This document shows, one piece after another, positions 26,542 to 38,300 of a DNA stretch of 64,000 bases (positions within the stretch are counted from its first letter, which is position 1; each line of letters begins with the position of its first letter). Under the pieces are notes generated by a model. It was not told the origin of the DNA. It searched no databases and was given only the letters and a program-made list of their open reading frames with translations. Both the position numbers and the translations under genes were made by a program. This DNA comes from Anaerolineales bacterium (GTDB lineage: Bacteria; Chloroflexota; Anaerolineae; Anaerolineales; E44-bin32): the NCBI GenBank assembly GCA_034430395.1, contig DAOUEQ010000090.1:4781-68780 (forward strand). Direction: 5' to 3'.

Positions 26542-26570
26542 CTTGTTCTATCTGCGGTATTGCCGGGAGC

Positions 26571-27608
26571 CTAGCTGCCTAGAAACTCGTCCAGAGCTTC
26601 TTTCGAGATCCGGTATGCTTTCCCGATCTTCTTAGCTGTAATATCTCCGGCTTCAATCGCTGCGACTACATCTTCCTCAGCGACCTTCAAGTAAGCGGCA
26701 GCTTCGGAAGGAGTCATCACCTCCGGTGCTTCTGGACCGCCGCCAGGGTCAGCAGCTGATCCACTCCCCGATTTCTTCAAACTATCGGTAATAGCGCTGC
26801 CGATGCCCATTCCCGCACCGATCCCAGCCGTGAGACCTGCACCACCGGATGGATTCTGCGCAGCATCGCGCATCGCGTCTGCGGCCTGAAGCTGGGTGTA
26901 GGTATCCATATCGAGCATACCCATTGCTCGCAATTCTTCCGCGGATCTTTCGGAGGGCTTCAAGCTCTCAATATAGAAGGAAATCAGGGACAATCCGATA
27001 GCCTTAAAATCGTCGATCGTTTTGGCTTTAACGCCAACACCAAGTTCCTCGACCAGACCGATGAGTTCAGGAACACTCGTCTCTTGCGCCGTCTCACCAA
27101 GAAGATCCTGGAGCTTAGAGAGCAGCATTGCCCGCAACCGTGCTTCGATATCCTTGGTCGTGTAGATTCCAGTTACACCAACGATTTGAGCGACAAACTG
27201 CTGAGGATCTGCCACCTTGTAGCTGTACGTTCCAAACCCTTGCAGCAGAGCTACGCCGAGCCCCATACCGGGATTGCGCACCAGGATTGGTTGTGGTGTT
27301 CCCCATTTCTCATCCGCAAATTCACGTGTCGACACAAAAAACACCTCAGCCGTGAACGGCGAACGATCGTTAAAAGCCTTGCCGATCAGGTTGATCAACA
27401 AGGGAATGTTCGCAGTCGCTATCGTATGACGCCCCGGACCGAAAGTGTCAAGTGCCTTCCCGTCTCGGTAAAAAACCGCTATTTGAGATTCTCGCACAAT
27501 TACCTGACTACCGATGCGAAAATCCCCGGCAGTATCTTCCGGGAATCGATGAACGATCTCATCTTCCATCTCGCTTGGGTATTCGACAACATCAAATATT
27601 CGAGCCAT
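26571..27608 (-). CDS. SPFH (YdjI-like) domain protein with C-terminal excisionase-type HTH
   Basis: GSQVIVRESQIAVF..GPGRHTI, KWGTPQPI; C-terminus VMTPSEAAAYLKV..IEAGDITAKKIGKAYRISKEAL. Confidence 0.8.
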   Translation of the reverse strand: MARIFDVVEYPSEMEDEIVHRFPEDTAGDFRIGSQVIVRESQIAVFYRDGKALDTFGPGRHTIATANIPLLINLIGKAFNDRSPFTAEVFFVSTREFADEKWGTPQPILVRNPGMGLGVALLQGFGTYSYKVADPQQFVAQIVGVTGIYTTKDIEARLRAMLLSKLQDLLGETAQETSVPELIGLVEELGVGVKAKTIDDFKAIGLSLISFYIESLKPSERSAEELRAMGMLDMDTYTQLQAADAMRDAAQNPSGGAGLTAGIGAGMGIGSAITDSLKKSGSGSAADPGGGPEAPEVMTPSEAAAYLKVAEEDVVAAIEAGDITAKKIGKAYRISKEALDEFLGS

Positions 27609-27613
27609 CTTCT

Positions 27614-28153
27614 TTACTCCTCACTTCCTGTTGAGTCAACGGTAGTCAAGATCACTTCCTCTCGACGTTCAAAAGCACTTACGATCTCTTCGCTGAGAGT
27701 GACGATGTGCCTAATGGCAGCGGGGAAGCCATCCGTCCCGAGAGATGCACCGAGGTTGTCGATAGCGTTAGAAACCTGTTCGACTCCCTCGAGTAGAGCA
27801 ACATCATAATTATAGATCTGCTCTAGTTCCTTGCTGTTTATTTGGACGGCGTCAAAAAGCCCCGAATAACCATAGGACGCGTTCCTAATCCGATTAATAA
27901 AAGCACGCAACTTGATCGCGGCTTCCTCCAAGTCATCTACTTGTTCGAGTTGGTTTTCCTTAATTAAACGGCGTTGAATCTCTGCCATTCGCTCCCATTG
28001 TTCTTCGAAACGTTGGGCTACGGTTAGTCGCAGCAATTTATCCGCTTCCCTCCGGTTATCTCGCTCAACATATCCGACAAAACCGGCTAAGAAGTTGCGA
28101 ATCTTACCAATAAGATTATCTCCTGCAGTTATTTTATCCAGGGGATCGTTCAT
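27614..28153 (-). CDS. Conserved-looking all-helical hypothetical protein
   Basis: 179-aa ORF with AGGAGAG RBS, 5 nt from the SPFH gene. Confidence 0.7.
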   Translation of the reverse strand: MNDPLDKITAGDNLIGKIRNFLAGFVGYVERDNRREADKLLRLTVAQRFEEQWERMAEIQRRLIKENQLEQVDDLEEAAIKLRAFINRIRNASYGYSGLFDAVQINSKELEQIYNYDVALLEGVEQVSNAIDNLGASLGTDGFPAAIRHIVTLSEEIVSAFERREEVILTTVDSTGSEE

Positions 28154-28335
28154 AATTCTCTCCTCACGCTAAATACACTATACGATACACCAATCTGGGT
28201 AGATTATATCTTTATGCCGCCGTAATCACAAACACCTGACTGACGAAACGCTGACAATGATCCCTCCACTATGAACTGAAACAAGTATAATTCACCTATA
28301 GATACTGTGCATCGCGTCGAAAGGAAGGGAACTCA

Positions 28336-29760
28336 ATGGCTATAATTGACGAATTACTGCGAGTAGCAAAACCGCTCGGTGATTCTATTCGTATTAGCAA
28401 GGGTCCCGCTGTAACGGTTCGCGATACCAAAGTAGTTGCAGACAATATTGACAAAATTATACGAACGGCAGTGCTCGGTGATCCACGCGAGAAAGCGCTC
28501 GGCCAGTGGCTAATTCGGGCATGTGCACTGGGGATGGGTGTTTTTCCCGCATCGATCCACGACCTTTATCTGGCACGTGGACAAAGCAAGACACCGGATG
28601 ATTTCACCGTCCCGGCGATCAACCTGCGCGCCCTGCCCTTTACTGCTGCAAGAACCGTTTTTAGATCCGCCATAGCGACTGAATCATGCGCTATGATTTT
28701 CGAGATCGCCCGATCAGAGATGGGTTATACCGACCAGCGCCCCACGGAGTATGCAGCCAACATCCTCGCCGCGGCAATCGCCGAAAGTTATGAGGGTCCG
28801 GTCTTCATTCAGGGAGATCACTTTCAAGTGAGCGCAGGCAAATATGCTCAGGACCCGGACTCGGAGATTGATGCAATTCTCGAACTGTCGCGCGATTCGA
28901 TTGCAGCTGGTTTCTTCAACATCGATATCGATACTTCAACCCTCGTAGACCTGAGCAAAGAAACGATCTCAGAGCAGCAAGAACTTAACTATACCTGCTG
29001 CGCCGAACTTGCTGCCGGTATTCGCAACTTGGAGCCAGAAGGCGTGACGATATCACTAGGTGGTGAGATCGGCGAGGTAGGCGGGGTGAATAGCACCGAA
29101 CCTGAGCTGCGAGCTTTCATGGAAGGGTACAACAAAGAGATTGAAGCAAGGCTTCCATCTGCCGCGAGCCTCTCTAAGATCAGCATCCAGACTGGAACAT
29201 CCCATGGCGGTGTCGTCTTACCTGATGGGTCCATCGCAGAAGTTAGCGTGGATTTCGACACGTTGCAGCACCTATCCGCCGTCGCCAAGGAATATGGGAT
29301 GGGCGGCGCAGTCCAGCATGGGGCTTCTACGCTGCCGGAGGAGGCCTTCAGCCGCTTCCCCGAGGCAAACACACTTGAAGTTCATCTCGCCACAGGATTC
29401 CAAAACATCCTCTACGACGAACTCCCCCAAGAGCTTCTCGAAGAGATCTTCGCCTACCTCCGCGATAATCACAGTAACGAACGCAAGGAAGGTCAGACGG
29501 ACGATCAGTTCTATTACAAGACGCGCAAACGAGCGATTGGTCCTTTCAAGCAAGCGCTCTGGGACCTGCCTGAAAGCACGATCCACTTGATCGAGAAGAA
29601 ATGGGAGGAGCAGTTCAAACTTCTCTTCGAACGCTTGAATGTTGGCGAAACGCGCGAAATGGTCCAGAGATTTACCAGGCTGGTTCCAATTCCACCTGGA
29701 ATCAAGTCTTACCTCGCCGAAAGTGGTGGAGTAGGCGATATTAGTGATCTGGATGACTAG
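28336..29760 (+). CDS. Class II fructose-bisphosphate aldolase family protein (extended form)
   Basis: VPAIN, FIQGDHFQ, GGEIGEVG, IQTGTSHGG, VQHGASTL. Confidence 0.8.
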   Translation: MAIIDELLRVAKPLGDSIRISKGPAVTVRDTKVVADNIDKIIRTAVLGDPREKALGQWLIRACALGMGVFPASIHDLYLARGQSKTPDDFTVPAINLRALPFTAARTVFRSAIATESCAMIFEIARSEMGYTDQRPTEYAANILAAAIAESYEGPVFIQGDHFQVSAGKYAQDPDSEIDAILELSRDSIAAGFFNIDIDTSTLVDLSKETISEQQELNYTCCAELAAGIRNLEPEGVTISLGGEIGEVGGVNSTEPELRAFMEGYNKEIEARLPSAASLSKISIQTGTSHGGVVLPDGSIAEVSVDFDTLQHLSAVAKEYGMGGAVQHGASTLPEEAFSRFPEANTLEVHLATGFQNILYDELPQELLEEIFAYLRDNHSNERKEGQTDDQFYYKTRKRAIGPFKQALWDLPESTIHLIEKKWEEQFKLLFERLNVGETREMVQRFTRLVPIPPGIKSYLAESGGVGDISDLDD

Positions 29761-29778
29761 AGCGAAAAAGAATTCCTA

Positions 29779-30288
29779 ATGTCACTCTCAGGCCAACGAG
29801 TCCAAGCGGGGAGATATTCCGTTGTGCCTCGTTGCTTAGTCTTCCTGCTGCGCGAAGCGCAAGTCCTTCTCATCCGCATTGCTGTTGACCGCGGCCATTG
29901 GGCTGGTCTTTTGAATGGGATTGGAGGGCATATCGAGCGCGGCGAAGATCCACGAAGTGCGGCTCTGCGTGAGATCAAAGAGGAGACGGGGTTAATCCTA
30001 TCCCCTTCTTCTCTCTGTCTTTCCGGTGTTGTCACTGTTGATGTTGGAAGCGCGCCAGGGATTGGCCTGTACATCTTTGTCGGTGAAACAGAAGTCTCGG
30101 AGATCCAAAATTCCTGCGAAGGAAATCCAGAATGGGTCGACCTAGACGGCTTTGAGAAGCAGACATTAGTGGATGATCTGCCTGCACTCCTGCCCCGAGC
30201 TATAAAGAGTTTTCACGATAAACAACCCTTTTGCGCCGTGACGACATTCGATGAAGATGGGCGTCCAACAATCCACTTCAACCCGTGA
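29779..30288 (+). CDS. NUDIX hydrolase
   Basis: Nudix box GGHIERGEDPRSAALREIKEETGL. Confidence 0.9.
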   Translation: MSLSGQRVQAGRYSVVPRCLVFLLREAQVLLIRIAVDRGHWAGLLNGIGGHIERGEDPRSAALREIKEETGLILSPSSLCLSGVVTVDVGSAPGIGLYIFVGETEVSEIQNSCEGNPEWVDLDGFEKQTLVDDLPALLPRAIKSFHDKQPFCAVTTFDEDGRPTIHFNP

Positions 30289-31202
30289 AAACTTCAACTA
30301 AATCCAAATTCCCGCTGTATGGCATCTCTGGCCTCGTCATCATGGGCATCGGTGAAATCTTGCTTGCCCTGGACGTCTATTTCGCTGCAGTCTGGCTAAC
30401 ACCGATAATGTGGACGGGTTATATATTGGCCGCAGATGCCTTCCTTTTTCGCCGCAAAGGAAGTTCCTGGTTGACGACCCGGCGAAGGGAGTTCCCACTC
30501 GTTGTGCTGCTTTCGATTGGGATTTGGCTGCTCTTTGAAGTGCTCAATTTTCACATTCAGAATTGGACCTACCATGGTGTACCTGAGAACCCCATTATTC
30601 GTAATTTCGCCTATTTTTGGTCTTTCGCCACAATCATGCCCGGCGTATTCATAACCTCGGAGATCATCTCTACTTTACCCCCTGCACGATTTCTACACCA
30701 TCACCCAATCAAGAGTGACAAAATACTCCTTGGCGCTGGCTGGTTATGGTTTCTATGCGGACTGCTCATGGTTGTGATCCCATTATTACTTCCCACACCG
30801 ATCGCTTGCTACCTGTTTGGACCCATCTGGATCGGTTTTATATTGTTGATCGAGCCGATCAATGACCGCATGGGAACGCCATCGATTCGAAGAATGTTGC
30901 GAGGACGGACTTATTGGCCAATCCTATCCTTGCTCGCAGGTGGGCTAGTATGCGGCTTTCTCTGGGAGGCGTGGAACTTACAGGCGTTCCATTCTGGGGG
31001 TGGTCATTGGATCTATTTGGTGCCGGAGCCTCTCCGGATCTTCGGTTTGCACTATGGAAAGATGCCTCTCCTTGGTATGCTGGGCTTCCCACCATTCGCA
31101 ATAGAACTCTTCGCGATGTATCATTTCCTGCGGAAAATCCTGGACGGTAACCGACTGCTCGGTAACCCTGCAGATGGTGAACTATTCCTCGTAGAACGAT
31201 GA
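30285..31202 (+). CDS. Polytopic membrane protein, unknown function
   Basis: About 8 hydrophobic segments; duplicated WLLFEVLNF / FLWEAWNL motif suggests an internal repeat; GTGA overlap with the previous gene. Confidence 0.7.
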   Translation: MKTSTKSKFPLYGISGLVIMGIGEILLALDVYFAAVWLTPIMWTGYILAADAFLFRRKGSSWLTTRRREFPLVVLLSIGIWLLFEVLNFHIQNWTYHGVPENPIIRNFAYFWSFATIMPGVFITSEIISTLPPARFLHHHPIKSDKILLGAGWLWFLCGLLMVVIPLLLPTPIACYLFGPIWIGFILLIEPINDRMGTPSIRRMLRGRTYWPILSLLAGGLVCGFLWEAWNLQAFHSGGGHWIYLVPEPLRIFGLHYGKMPLLGMLGFPPFAIELFAMYHFLRKILDGNRLLGNPADGELFLVER

Positions 31203-31256
31203 AAGGCGGTCAAGAAGACCGCCCGCAGTCCAACCATGAGTTCCCCCCGCACAAAA

Positions 31257-31823
31257 TTACATTCCAGGCCATTCAAAAAAAACAAGTAAGGTATTCCCGT
31301 ATCGCCTTTTGTCAAACTCCACCAAGAATCTTAGATCCATTTCTTTGTATTCATCAGGATCAATCTGGGCGATGACCCATGCATCTGGATTCAGCCATGC
31401 CAGATTGTCGTCTACAGCCCTAATCCCTCTAAGCCACATCCCTTTGTATTGTGGCGGTGCAACGTAGATATAATCGAATGGGGCCATCGTCGGTTTGTGC
31501 CGTAGAAACTGGAAAGCGTCACGCTGCTCTACATCTGCATCTTCCTGCAGTTTCGTGTGCTCGAGGTTTTTGCGAATGGTCTCAATCGCCCTTCTATTCT
31601 CATCGATAAAAACCACTCGTGCTGCGCCCCTACTTAACGCTTCAATCCCAACACTTCCCGTACCGGCAAATAAATCTAAGAATCTGGCCTCGCGAATATT
31701 CGCGCCAATAATATTAAATAGTGACTCTTTCACACGATCCCCTATAGGCCGCACGTCCAATCCTGGGACCATATGAAGCTTACGCCCTTTTGCATGACCA
31801 GCGATCACTCTAATACGCGCCAT
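31257..31823 (-). CDS. rsmD: 16S rRNA m2G966 methyltransferase RsmD
   Basis: RVIAGHAKGRKL, VKESLFNII, FLDLFAGTGSVGIEALSRGA, APPQY. Confidence 0.9.
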   Translation of the reverse strand: MARIRVIAGHAKGRKLHMVPGLDVRPIGDRVKESLFNIIGANIREARFLDLFAGTGSVGIEALSRGAARVVFIDENRRAIETIRKNLEHTKLQEDADVEQRDAFQFLRHKPTMAPFDYIYVAPPQYKGMWLRGIRAVDDNLAWLNPDAWVIAQIDPDEYKEMDLRFLVEFDKRRYGNTLLVFFEWPGM

Positions 31824-31862
31824 TATCGCCTCAACAAGGCTGTTTCTATCTCACTTGCGTGA

Positions 31863-32846
31863 CTATGCGCACTCCACTGCGGTACGAGCGGCTTCTAAAT
31901 TCACTCGTGGTGCGTGCACAGGAACAACGCAACCAGTGCCAAGCACGACACCCCGACTATTAAGAGACTTCAGAGCTTGTGCAGCCTCCTCCTGTACCTT
32001 AGTCGGGTCACCGCAAACCATCGTCATCCGTCGAATACCGCCACAAACTGCGCCAGATATCCGCAGCGCACCCTCTGCTAAGCCCGGAGCCACCTCGCGA
32101 TCGTGCCAATTCACGATTTGCACAGGGTACTTTTCCGCAAGGTCGAACATGATCGCCTCGCCATGCAAATGGAGCACGTTCAGCCAAAATAGTTCCGCTG
32201 CTTCAAAAATCCGATAGTCAAAACCCTCACCAAACTTTCGATAATTCTCAGAATCAAATATTCGATAGGAACCATGCTGTACGGCGTAGAAAATACCATC
32301 CACCCCGCCATCCTTCATAGCCTCAATAAAATTAACTGTAGATTGCGTGATGATCTCCAGTCCGGCGAGCACATCTTCCGGTTCTCGGTGGAGATGTTCA
32401 AGCAGCGTCTGCTGACCAGCAAGGTTTTTTGCTTGTGAAAGAGGACTGAAAATCGTTTGGATGATCGGTTGAGTTTCTCCATATCTCTCTCTCAATAGCT
32501 CAAGACACCTCAGTTGCTTACCAAGGTAACCTTGCTCTGGGTCAAGCACTTCAAGAGCCCGCCAATCCGAAGACTCCTTGACGACGCGCCGCGTGTAGTC
32601 CCTGGTACCTTCAGGATTCCCATTCCACTCATCCTCGACACCCCAGTCCAGCAAGCAGAAAGAAGAAGCAGGTGTGACTTTGATAAAATCGTGGTCATAC
32701 CGCGACTGATAGAGGGAAGTAGATTCAGCTAATCCCTCGGGGGTTTGATCGTCCACTGGAAAATGCCGCCACAAAGCAAGTGGAGGACGATCCGCTACAT
32801 CTTTGGCTATTGCCGCCTCCAACCTCTCGCGTTTTGATACCATCAA
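31863..32846 (-). CDS. Uroporphyrinogen decarboxylase (URO-D/MetE-like) family protein
   Basis: DRPPLALWRHF, QTIFSPLSQAKNL, NVLHLHG, GVVLGTGCVVP. Confidence 0.75.
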   Translation of the reverse strand: MMVSKRERLEAAIAKDVADRPPLALWRHFPVDDQTPEGLAESTSLYQSRYDHDFIKVTPASSFCLLDWGVEDEWNGNPEGTRDYTRRVVKESSDWRALEVLDPEQGYLGKQLRCLELLRERYGETQPIIQTIFSPLSQAKNLAGQQTLLEHLHREPEDVLAGLEIITQSTVNFIEAMKDGGVDGIFYAVQHGSYRIFDSENYRKFGEGFDYRIFEAAELFWLNVLHLHGEAIMFDLAEKYPVQIVNWHDREVAPGLAEGALRISGAVCGGIRRMTMVCGDPTKVQEEAAQALKSLNSRGVVLGTGCVVPVHAPRVNLEAARTAVECA

Positions 32847-32866
32847 GTATGTTTTCCCTGTCTCAT

Positions 32867-33211
32867 CTACCGACGGATTAAATTGATCTGTTCGGCAGCT
32901 ATTGATTGGAACATCGACTCTCGCACTGAATTTGCCTTCCCTTCAATAGCTTTTTGAAACCTTTCAACTGCCTTATCGGTTTGGTCTAACGCCTTAAACG
33001 TTATCCCCGATGCGTAATTCAGCTCAATATTGCCAGGCCAACGAGAAAGAGCTGATTCAAATGTGTTTTTCGCGTCATCAAAGTTCTTAAGACCCAACAA
33101 TATCCATCCCAATCTACTCTGACTCGCTACGTTATTCGGGTTCGTCCGCGCTTCCTCTTGAACAATCCCTAGACAAGATTGAAGACCATTTACCTTCGTT
33201 TCCACTGTCAT
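32867..33211 (-). CDS. Small TPR protein
   Basis: TPR-like helices SRLGWILLGLKNFDDAKNTF, NYASGITFKALDQTDKAVERF. Confidence 0.7.
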   Translation of the reverse strand: MTVETKVNGLQSCLGIVQEEARTNPNNVASQSRLGWILLGLKNFDDAKNTFESALSRWPGNIELNYASGITFKALDQTDKAVERFQKAIEGKANSVRESMFQSIAAEQINLIRR

Positions 33212-33286
33212 AATGATTACTCACCCTCCTGGCAATCTTGCCCGATTAACGATTTTAGCCTGCGGATGAGGATAGATTACCATTGC

Positions 33287-34150
33287 TCAATGAAGCAAGC
33301 CTGGTATCTCCTCTGGTCTGTCAGCAGTCATTACACCTGCGGCTGCAAGAGCTTTAATTTTATCTTCAGCAGTTCCTTCTCCGCCCTCTACAATCGCACC
33401 TGCATGGCCCATCCGCTTTCCAGGCGGCGCAGTCTTTCCGGCGATGAAAGCTACAACCTGCTTCGTCATGTGGTCGCGGATGTATTCGGCAGCCAACTCC
33501 TCATCTCTACCGCCGATCTCGCCAATCAAAACAACCTTCTCGGTGTGAGGATCTGCCTCAAACAACTCCAGGGTGTCAACGAACGATGTACCGTTGATTG
33601 GATCCCCACCGATACCAACACAGGTTGAGACACCCATCTCGTTCTGCATTAAGGCATGAAGGACTTCATATGTCAGTGTTCCAGATCTGGAGACAACGCC
33701 AATATTCCCAGAAATTGCAATATTCCCGGGGATTATCCCGACTTTCGCTTTGCCTGGGGAAAGCAGTCCCGGGCAGTTCGGTCCAACCAATCTGACGCCC
33801 ATCTGATCGAGGTATCGCCTTACTTTCATCATGTCCTGGACAGGGATACCTTCTGTAATGCACACGATCAAAGAGATCCCCGCATCGGCAGCCTCTAGGA
33901 TGGCATCCGCTGAAAAGCGCGCGGGGACAAAAATCACGCTAGTATTCGCGCCAGTAGTTTCAACCGCCGTCTTCACCGTATCGAAAACCGGGATCTTTCC
34001 CCCCAACACCCAATCCCCTCCCTTCTGGGGTGTAACCCCGGCGACGACATTCGTGCCATGCTCAATCATACGAGCAGTGTGAAACAGACCCTCCCTCCCG
34101 GTAATTCCTTGAACAAGCAGCTTTGTATTCTTATCAACCAAAATACTCAT
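33287..34150 (-). CDS. sucD: Succinyl-CoA synthetase alpha subunit
   Basis: [35 protein letters not shown]. Confidence 0.96.
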   Translation of the reverse strand: MSILVDKNTKLLVQGITGREGLFHTARMIEHGTNVVAGVTPQKGGDWVLGGKIPVFDTVKTAVETTGANTSVIFVPARFSADAILEAADAGISLIVCITEGIPVQDMMKVRRYLDQMGVRLVGPNCPGLLSPGKAKVGIIPGNIAISGNIGVVSRSGTLTYEVLHALMQNEMGVSTCVGIGGDPINGTSFVDTLELFEADPHTEKVVLIGEIGGRDEELAAEYIRDHMTKQVVAFIAGKTAPPGKRMGHAGAIVEGGEGTAEDKIKALAAAGVMTADRPEEIPGLLH

Positions 34151-35292
34151 GATCCCTCCCCCGCCCGGGCTGCGGAAATCGCCTTCTCAGTGGCATCTGC
34201 GAGCGAGATAGCAGTCTCCATGTCTGCATCTGCAAGCAGATGGCGGCCCTCCTCCGCATTCGTTCCAACCAAACGTACGATCATTGGAAGTTCTGATGGT
34301 GTTTTCTCCAAAGCGGCTAGGATCCCCCGAGCCACCTCATCACCTCGTGTAATCCCGCCGAATATGTTAAAGAGAACTGCCTTTACATCTGGATCACGTA
34401 TGATGATTTGAATTGCAGCAGCTACTTTCTCGGCGGAGGCGCCACCTCCAATATCGAGGAAATTGGCGGGCGAGCCGCCATAAAGGTTGATCACATCCAT
34501 CGTTGCCATCGCCAAGCCGGCGCCGTTGACCATACATCCAATCTCTCCGTCCAGTTTTACGTAGGAGAGCCCGTATTTACGCGCCTCTCGCTCCTCCGGA
34601 GCTTCTTCGTCCAGGTCGCGCATTTCGGCGAGCTCAGGATGCCGGAAGAGACCATTGTCATCGAGCACCACCTTCCCATCCAAAGCCAGCAATCGCTTGT
34701 CGGCTGTAATTACGAGAGGGTTGATCTCCGCTAAAGTTGCGTCTGATTCAATAAATGCCCGGTAGAGTCCCTTCGTGATCAACATGAAATCGCGCCAATA
34801 TTCATGGGGCATCTCAGTGCAGGCAGCGAGATATCTTGCCTGGTATTCCTGGAGTCCGAGCAGTGGGTCGATCCAGACCCGTATGATCTTATCCGGATGC
34901 GTTTTCGCGACATCCTCGATCTCTACACCACCCTCAGCTGAGGCGATCATTACCGGACACCGCCGATTGCGATCATTTGTAATTCCGAGGTAGATCTCCG
35001 TTTTAATATCGGCAGCTTCATCGATAAGTACCTTCCGAACTGGGAGACCTTTTATCTTCATCCCGAGGATCTGAGTAGCCACCTCCTCTGCCTCCTCGGG
35101 CGAGTCCACCAAACGGATGCCTCCTGCTTTCCCGCGTCCGCCGACGAGTACCTGGGATTTGACAACAACTCTCCCGCCGAGTTCCTCCGCGATCGATTTC
35201 GCCTCTGAGGCGTTCATCGTCATCTGCCCGCGTGGGATTGGAATCCTGTGCTCGGCAAACAATTGCTTCGATTGATATTCATGTAGCTTCAT
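34147..35292 (-). CDS. sucC: Succinyl-CoA synthetase beta subunit
   Basis: [51 protein letters not shown]. Confidence 0.96.
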   Translation of the reverse strand: MKLHEYQSKQLFAEHRIPIPRGQMTMNASEAKSIAEELGGRVVVKSQVLVGGRGKAGGIRLVDSPEEAEEVATQILGMKIKGLPVRKVLIDEAADIKTEIYLGITNDRNRRCPVMIASAEGGVEIEDVAKTHPDKIIRVWIDPLLGLQEYQARYLAACTEMPHEYWRDFMLITKGLYRAFIESDATLAEINPLVITADKRLLALDGKVVLDDNGLFRHPELAEMRDLDEEAPEEREARKYGLSYVKLDGEIGCMVNGAGLAMATMDVINLYGGSPANFLDIGGGASAEKVAAAIQIIIRDPDVKAVLFNIFGGITRGDEVARGILAALEKTPSELPMIVRLVGTNAEEGRHLLADADMETAISLADATEKAISAARAGEGS

Positions 35293-35339
35293 CAGCTCTC
35301 CTTACTCTGATAATCTCCGCCTATAACCTAGGCTTCCCT

Positions 35340-38300
35340 TTATGGAAACGCAGGCGCAAATCTCATTACTCGGTGGTTACTACTGTCAACGACCCATACT
35401 TTCCCGTCTGGTCCAAGCGCAATTCCACTAATTAAGCTGAATTGGTAATTAGCCTCACCGAATTCGCCTCCCCATCCGAGCAGGAAATCACCCTCGAACG
35501 TGAAACATAGCACCCGGAAACCCTCTGGGTCGGTGGTGCAAATTGTGTTTCCGGGGCCAGCATCCAGGTAAGGCTTGTTATCTAACGATTGACCGTACCA
35601 GGCATCAACATTCCATTCCTGTACAGCATCAAAAGATTGAGGGGAGATTTCTGAGAATACCTGGATACGCTGATTCCAAGTATCAGCGATGTATACTCGG
35701 TCATCTGCCCCAATCGTAATACCAACCGGCTCGTCTAATAACCCGGGGAGATAGCCAGGGCCGCCAAACTGGGTGACAAAATTCCCTTCGCTGTCGAAGA
35801 CTTTAATGCGCTTATTACCTGTGTCGGCAACATACACCCTGCCCTGACGGTCAATAGCGACATCACGAGGTCCCCAGAATGAGTAGGGCTCATCCCCCAG
35901 GCCCTCCTGCCCAAACGAACCTAAGTAGGTGCCAGTGGGCGAGAACCATTGAATTCGATGATTCCAGGTGTCAGCTACGTATACGTTGCCATTTGGAGCG
36001 ACATCAATACCCCACGGTTCGTTAAACGTGCCATCTTCTGCCCCGCCTGCTTGGGACTCACCGAAACCTCCCCAAGTTGTCAAGATCTGTCCCTCGGAGC
36101 TAAATCGCTGGATACGGTGGTTGAGTGTATCCGCCACATAAACTGTTCCATCTGGTCCTATCGCCATATCGCGGGGATGGAACAACTCTCCAGGAGATAA
36201 CCCCTCTCCACCAATGACCAAATCTGCTCCAAGCTTAATGATGGAGTCAGCGTAAGGATCCTCGATCGTCGGCGGGTTAAAAGACGCCGGGGTGACACCA
36301 TAATCCCAAACTTGTGCGGCAATATCCTTGCGAATATACAATCGCATTCGATCTGAAGGAGTCCAGCGGGCAAGGCTCATATCCTGCCCCTTCCAAGTCC
36401 CGTACTCCGTAAAATCACGATCGAGCCAGATTTTCCAAACTGCTGCTCTCAGGGTGCTATCCGTGAAGAAAGGCTTGAGACGCCCCCAGACAAGCGAGAG
36501 ATATTCCATAACACCCATCGGTGACAATGGCTCGCTGCCGGGTATTAGATCACGGCTTCTCTCCGCATCTATCGCTGACCATTTCAGATTCCAATAATCC
36601 TGATTCGGCCACCACATGCGGATGTATTCGTAGCTATAGAAGCGATCTGCTAGAAGGGGTTCAACGAGATGCCAGTTGTTGTCGCCGACAAGAACAAGTG
36701 GATAGTTTAACAATTCTCTTGTTGGATTAGCTCCATAGAAATACTGGTTGGTATAGTCCCGCAGATACCAATTCAAAGGCCATGAGACATCATCATCAAA
36801 AGCAATCTGGATCCCCAAACCATCTGTGGTCCGGATAGAAAGATCCTCGACTTGATCCATTACCGTTTTCACACCGCTTGCTGAATGGGCATAGACCAGA
36901 TATTCTGTTGCATCATCGTAGTTAACAAACGCCGCCCGGAAACCAGTCCTAATTGTAAGTATAAAGAGCGCGCCCAAGAGAAATACGCTTGCCATGCTCG
37001 CGATTATCCGAAAAGGGATGCCCTCTGACAGACGGCGAATTGCTATTGCGGCACCAATTGCGAATGCAATCGCAACGATGAAACCGCTTGTTGTTCGAAG
37101 CTGGTCGAGCTCACTCCCCTGGAAAGGTGGCGTCTCCCCCAATATCCCTCCCATCGCGCTCAATAAAGCCAGCAGCATTAATAAGGTAAGCAGTAAGGTC
37201 AACCAGCTACGCTGTTCCTTGAAGTTCGGCCAGTTGAATCTTTCCAAGAACTGACCTATCCCCCATCCTCCAAAAAGGATCATTGGTAGAGCAATGTGAA
37301 CGGTCAGCCAAGGCATCTTCTCACCCGCAAAGGAGTAACCAATGAGAGAGGTAATCGTCATAAATCCGAGGAAGCCAATAGCCGGGAAGGAGACCTCTAA
37401 TTTACTGTCTGGAGCTGGAACCTGATCATCTGGTCGTAAGCGGAGCCAATACACGAAAGCCATGATCGAGCAGACGGCAGGCAGATATTCATAGATTGGA
37501 ATCTGAACGAAGAGATAGTAATACCAGGGTTGACCTCCGCGTTCGACGCCATGCTGTTCAAGCCAATACCCCAAGGATCCTACGAGCCCCGAAGCGAGCC
37601 CGTCGTCGTTTGTAAAAAGTGTGGTGTAGAAGACGACAAAGATTCCAAAGAAAACTCCGGCAGCGACTAGCCACCTTCGCCAATCCCATAGTGCCCCGAT
37701 AGCCGCACTGATCAGGAACAAGATGGCCACGATGGCGATAGTTTGGTTTAGATTGGAGAAACTTGAATAGTCTAAGGGGTCCCATCCCAATAGATTCGCC
37801 GGCAGCGCTGCCAACTGGGGAAGTGTCACCGTACCGACAATAACTAGCAAATCAAGCTCCGGGAAGTCTGTACGCAAGCGTTTGCCGAACGTCAGGACCA
37901 ATGTAACTACCATCAAGATCAAACCCAAAATTGCCAATATTAGACCAGCCGCAACGAGGGGAGAGCTGGACGCAGCCCCTACACCCGTTGAAACAGCCCC
38001 TTCTATTGTCGGTTCGAGCGCGTTGGCAATATCTCCTGATGCGGCCCACCCACCGAATAAGGTGCCCATTGCCAGGGTCCCGCCCAACGCAGTGGTGATA
38101 AGACCGACAACGAAGCCGATCTTATGGGAATTTTGTTTCCAGGTCAGGCGAAGCAAACGTAAAGCAAAGAACCCGCCGAGAAACACCAGGAGTTGAGCAG
38201 CGTAGATGAAGGATGTTTCTTTCGTCGTGAAGTGCAGTGCAAGTGATGCGGCTAATAAGTAAAGCCATTTCGCTTCACGGTCTTCGAAGTAACGAAAAAC

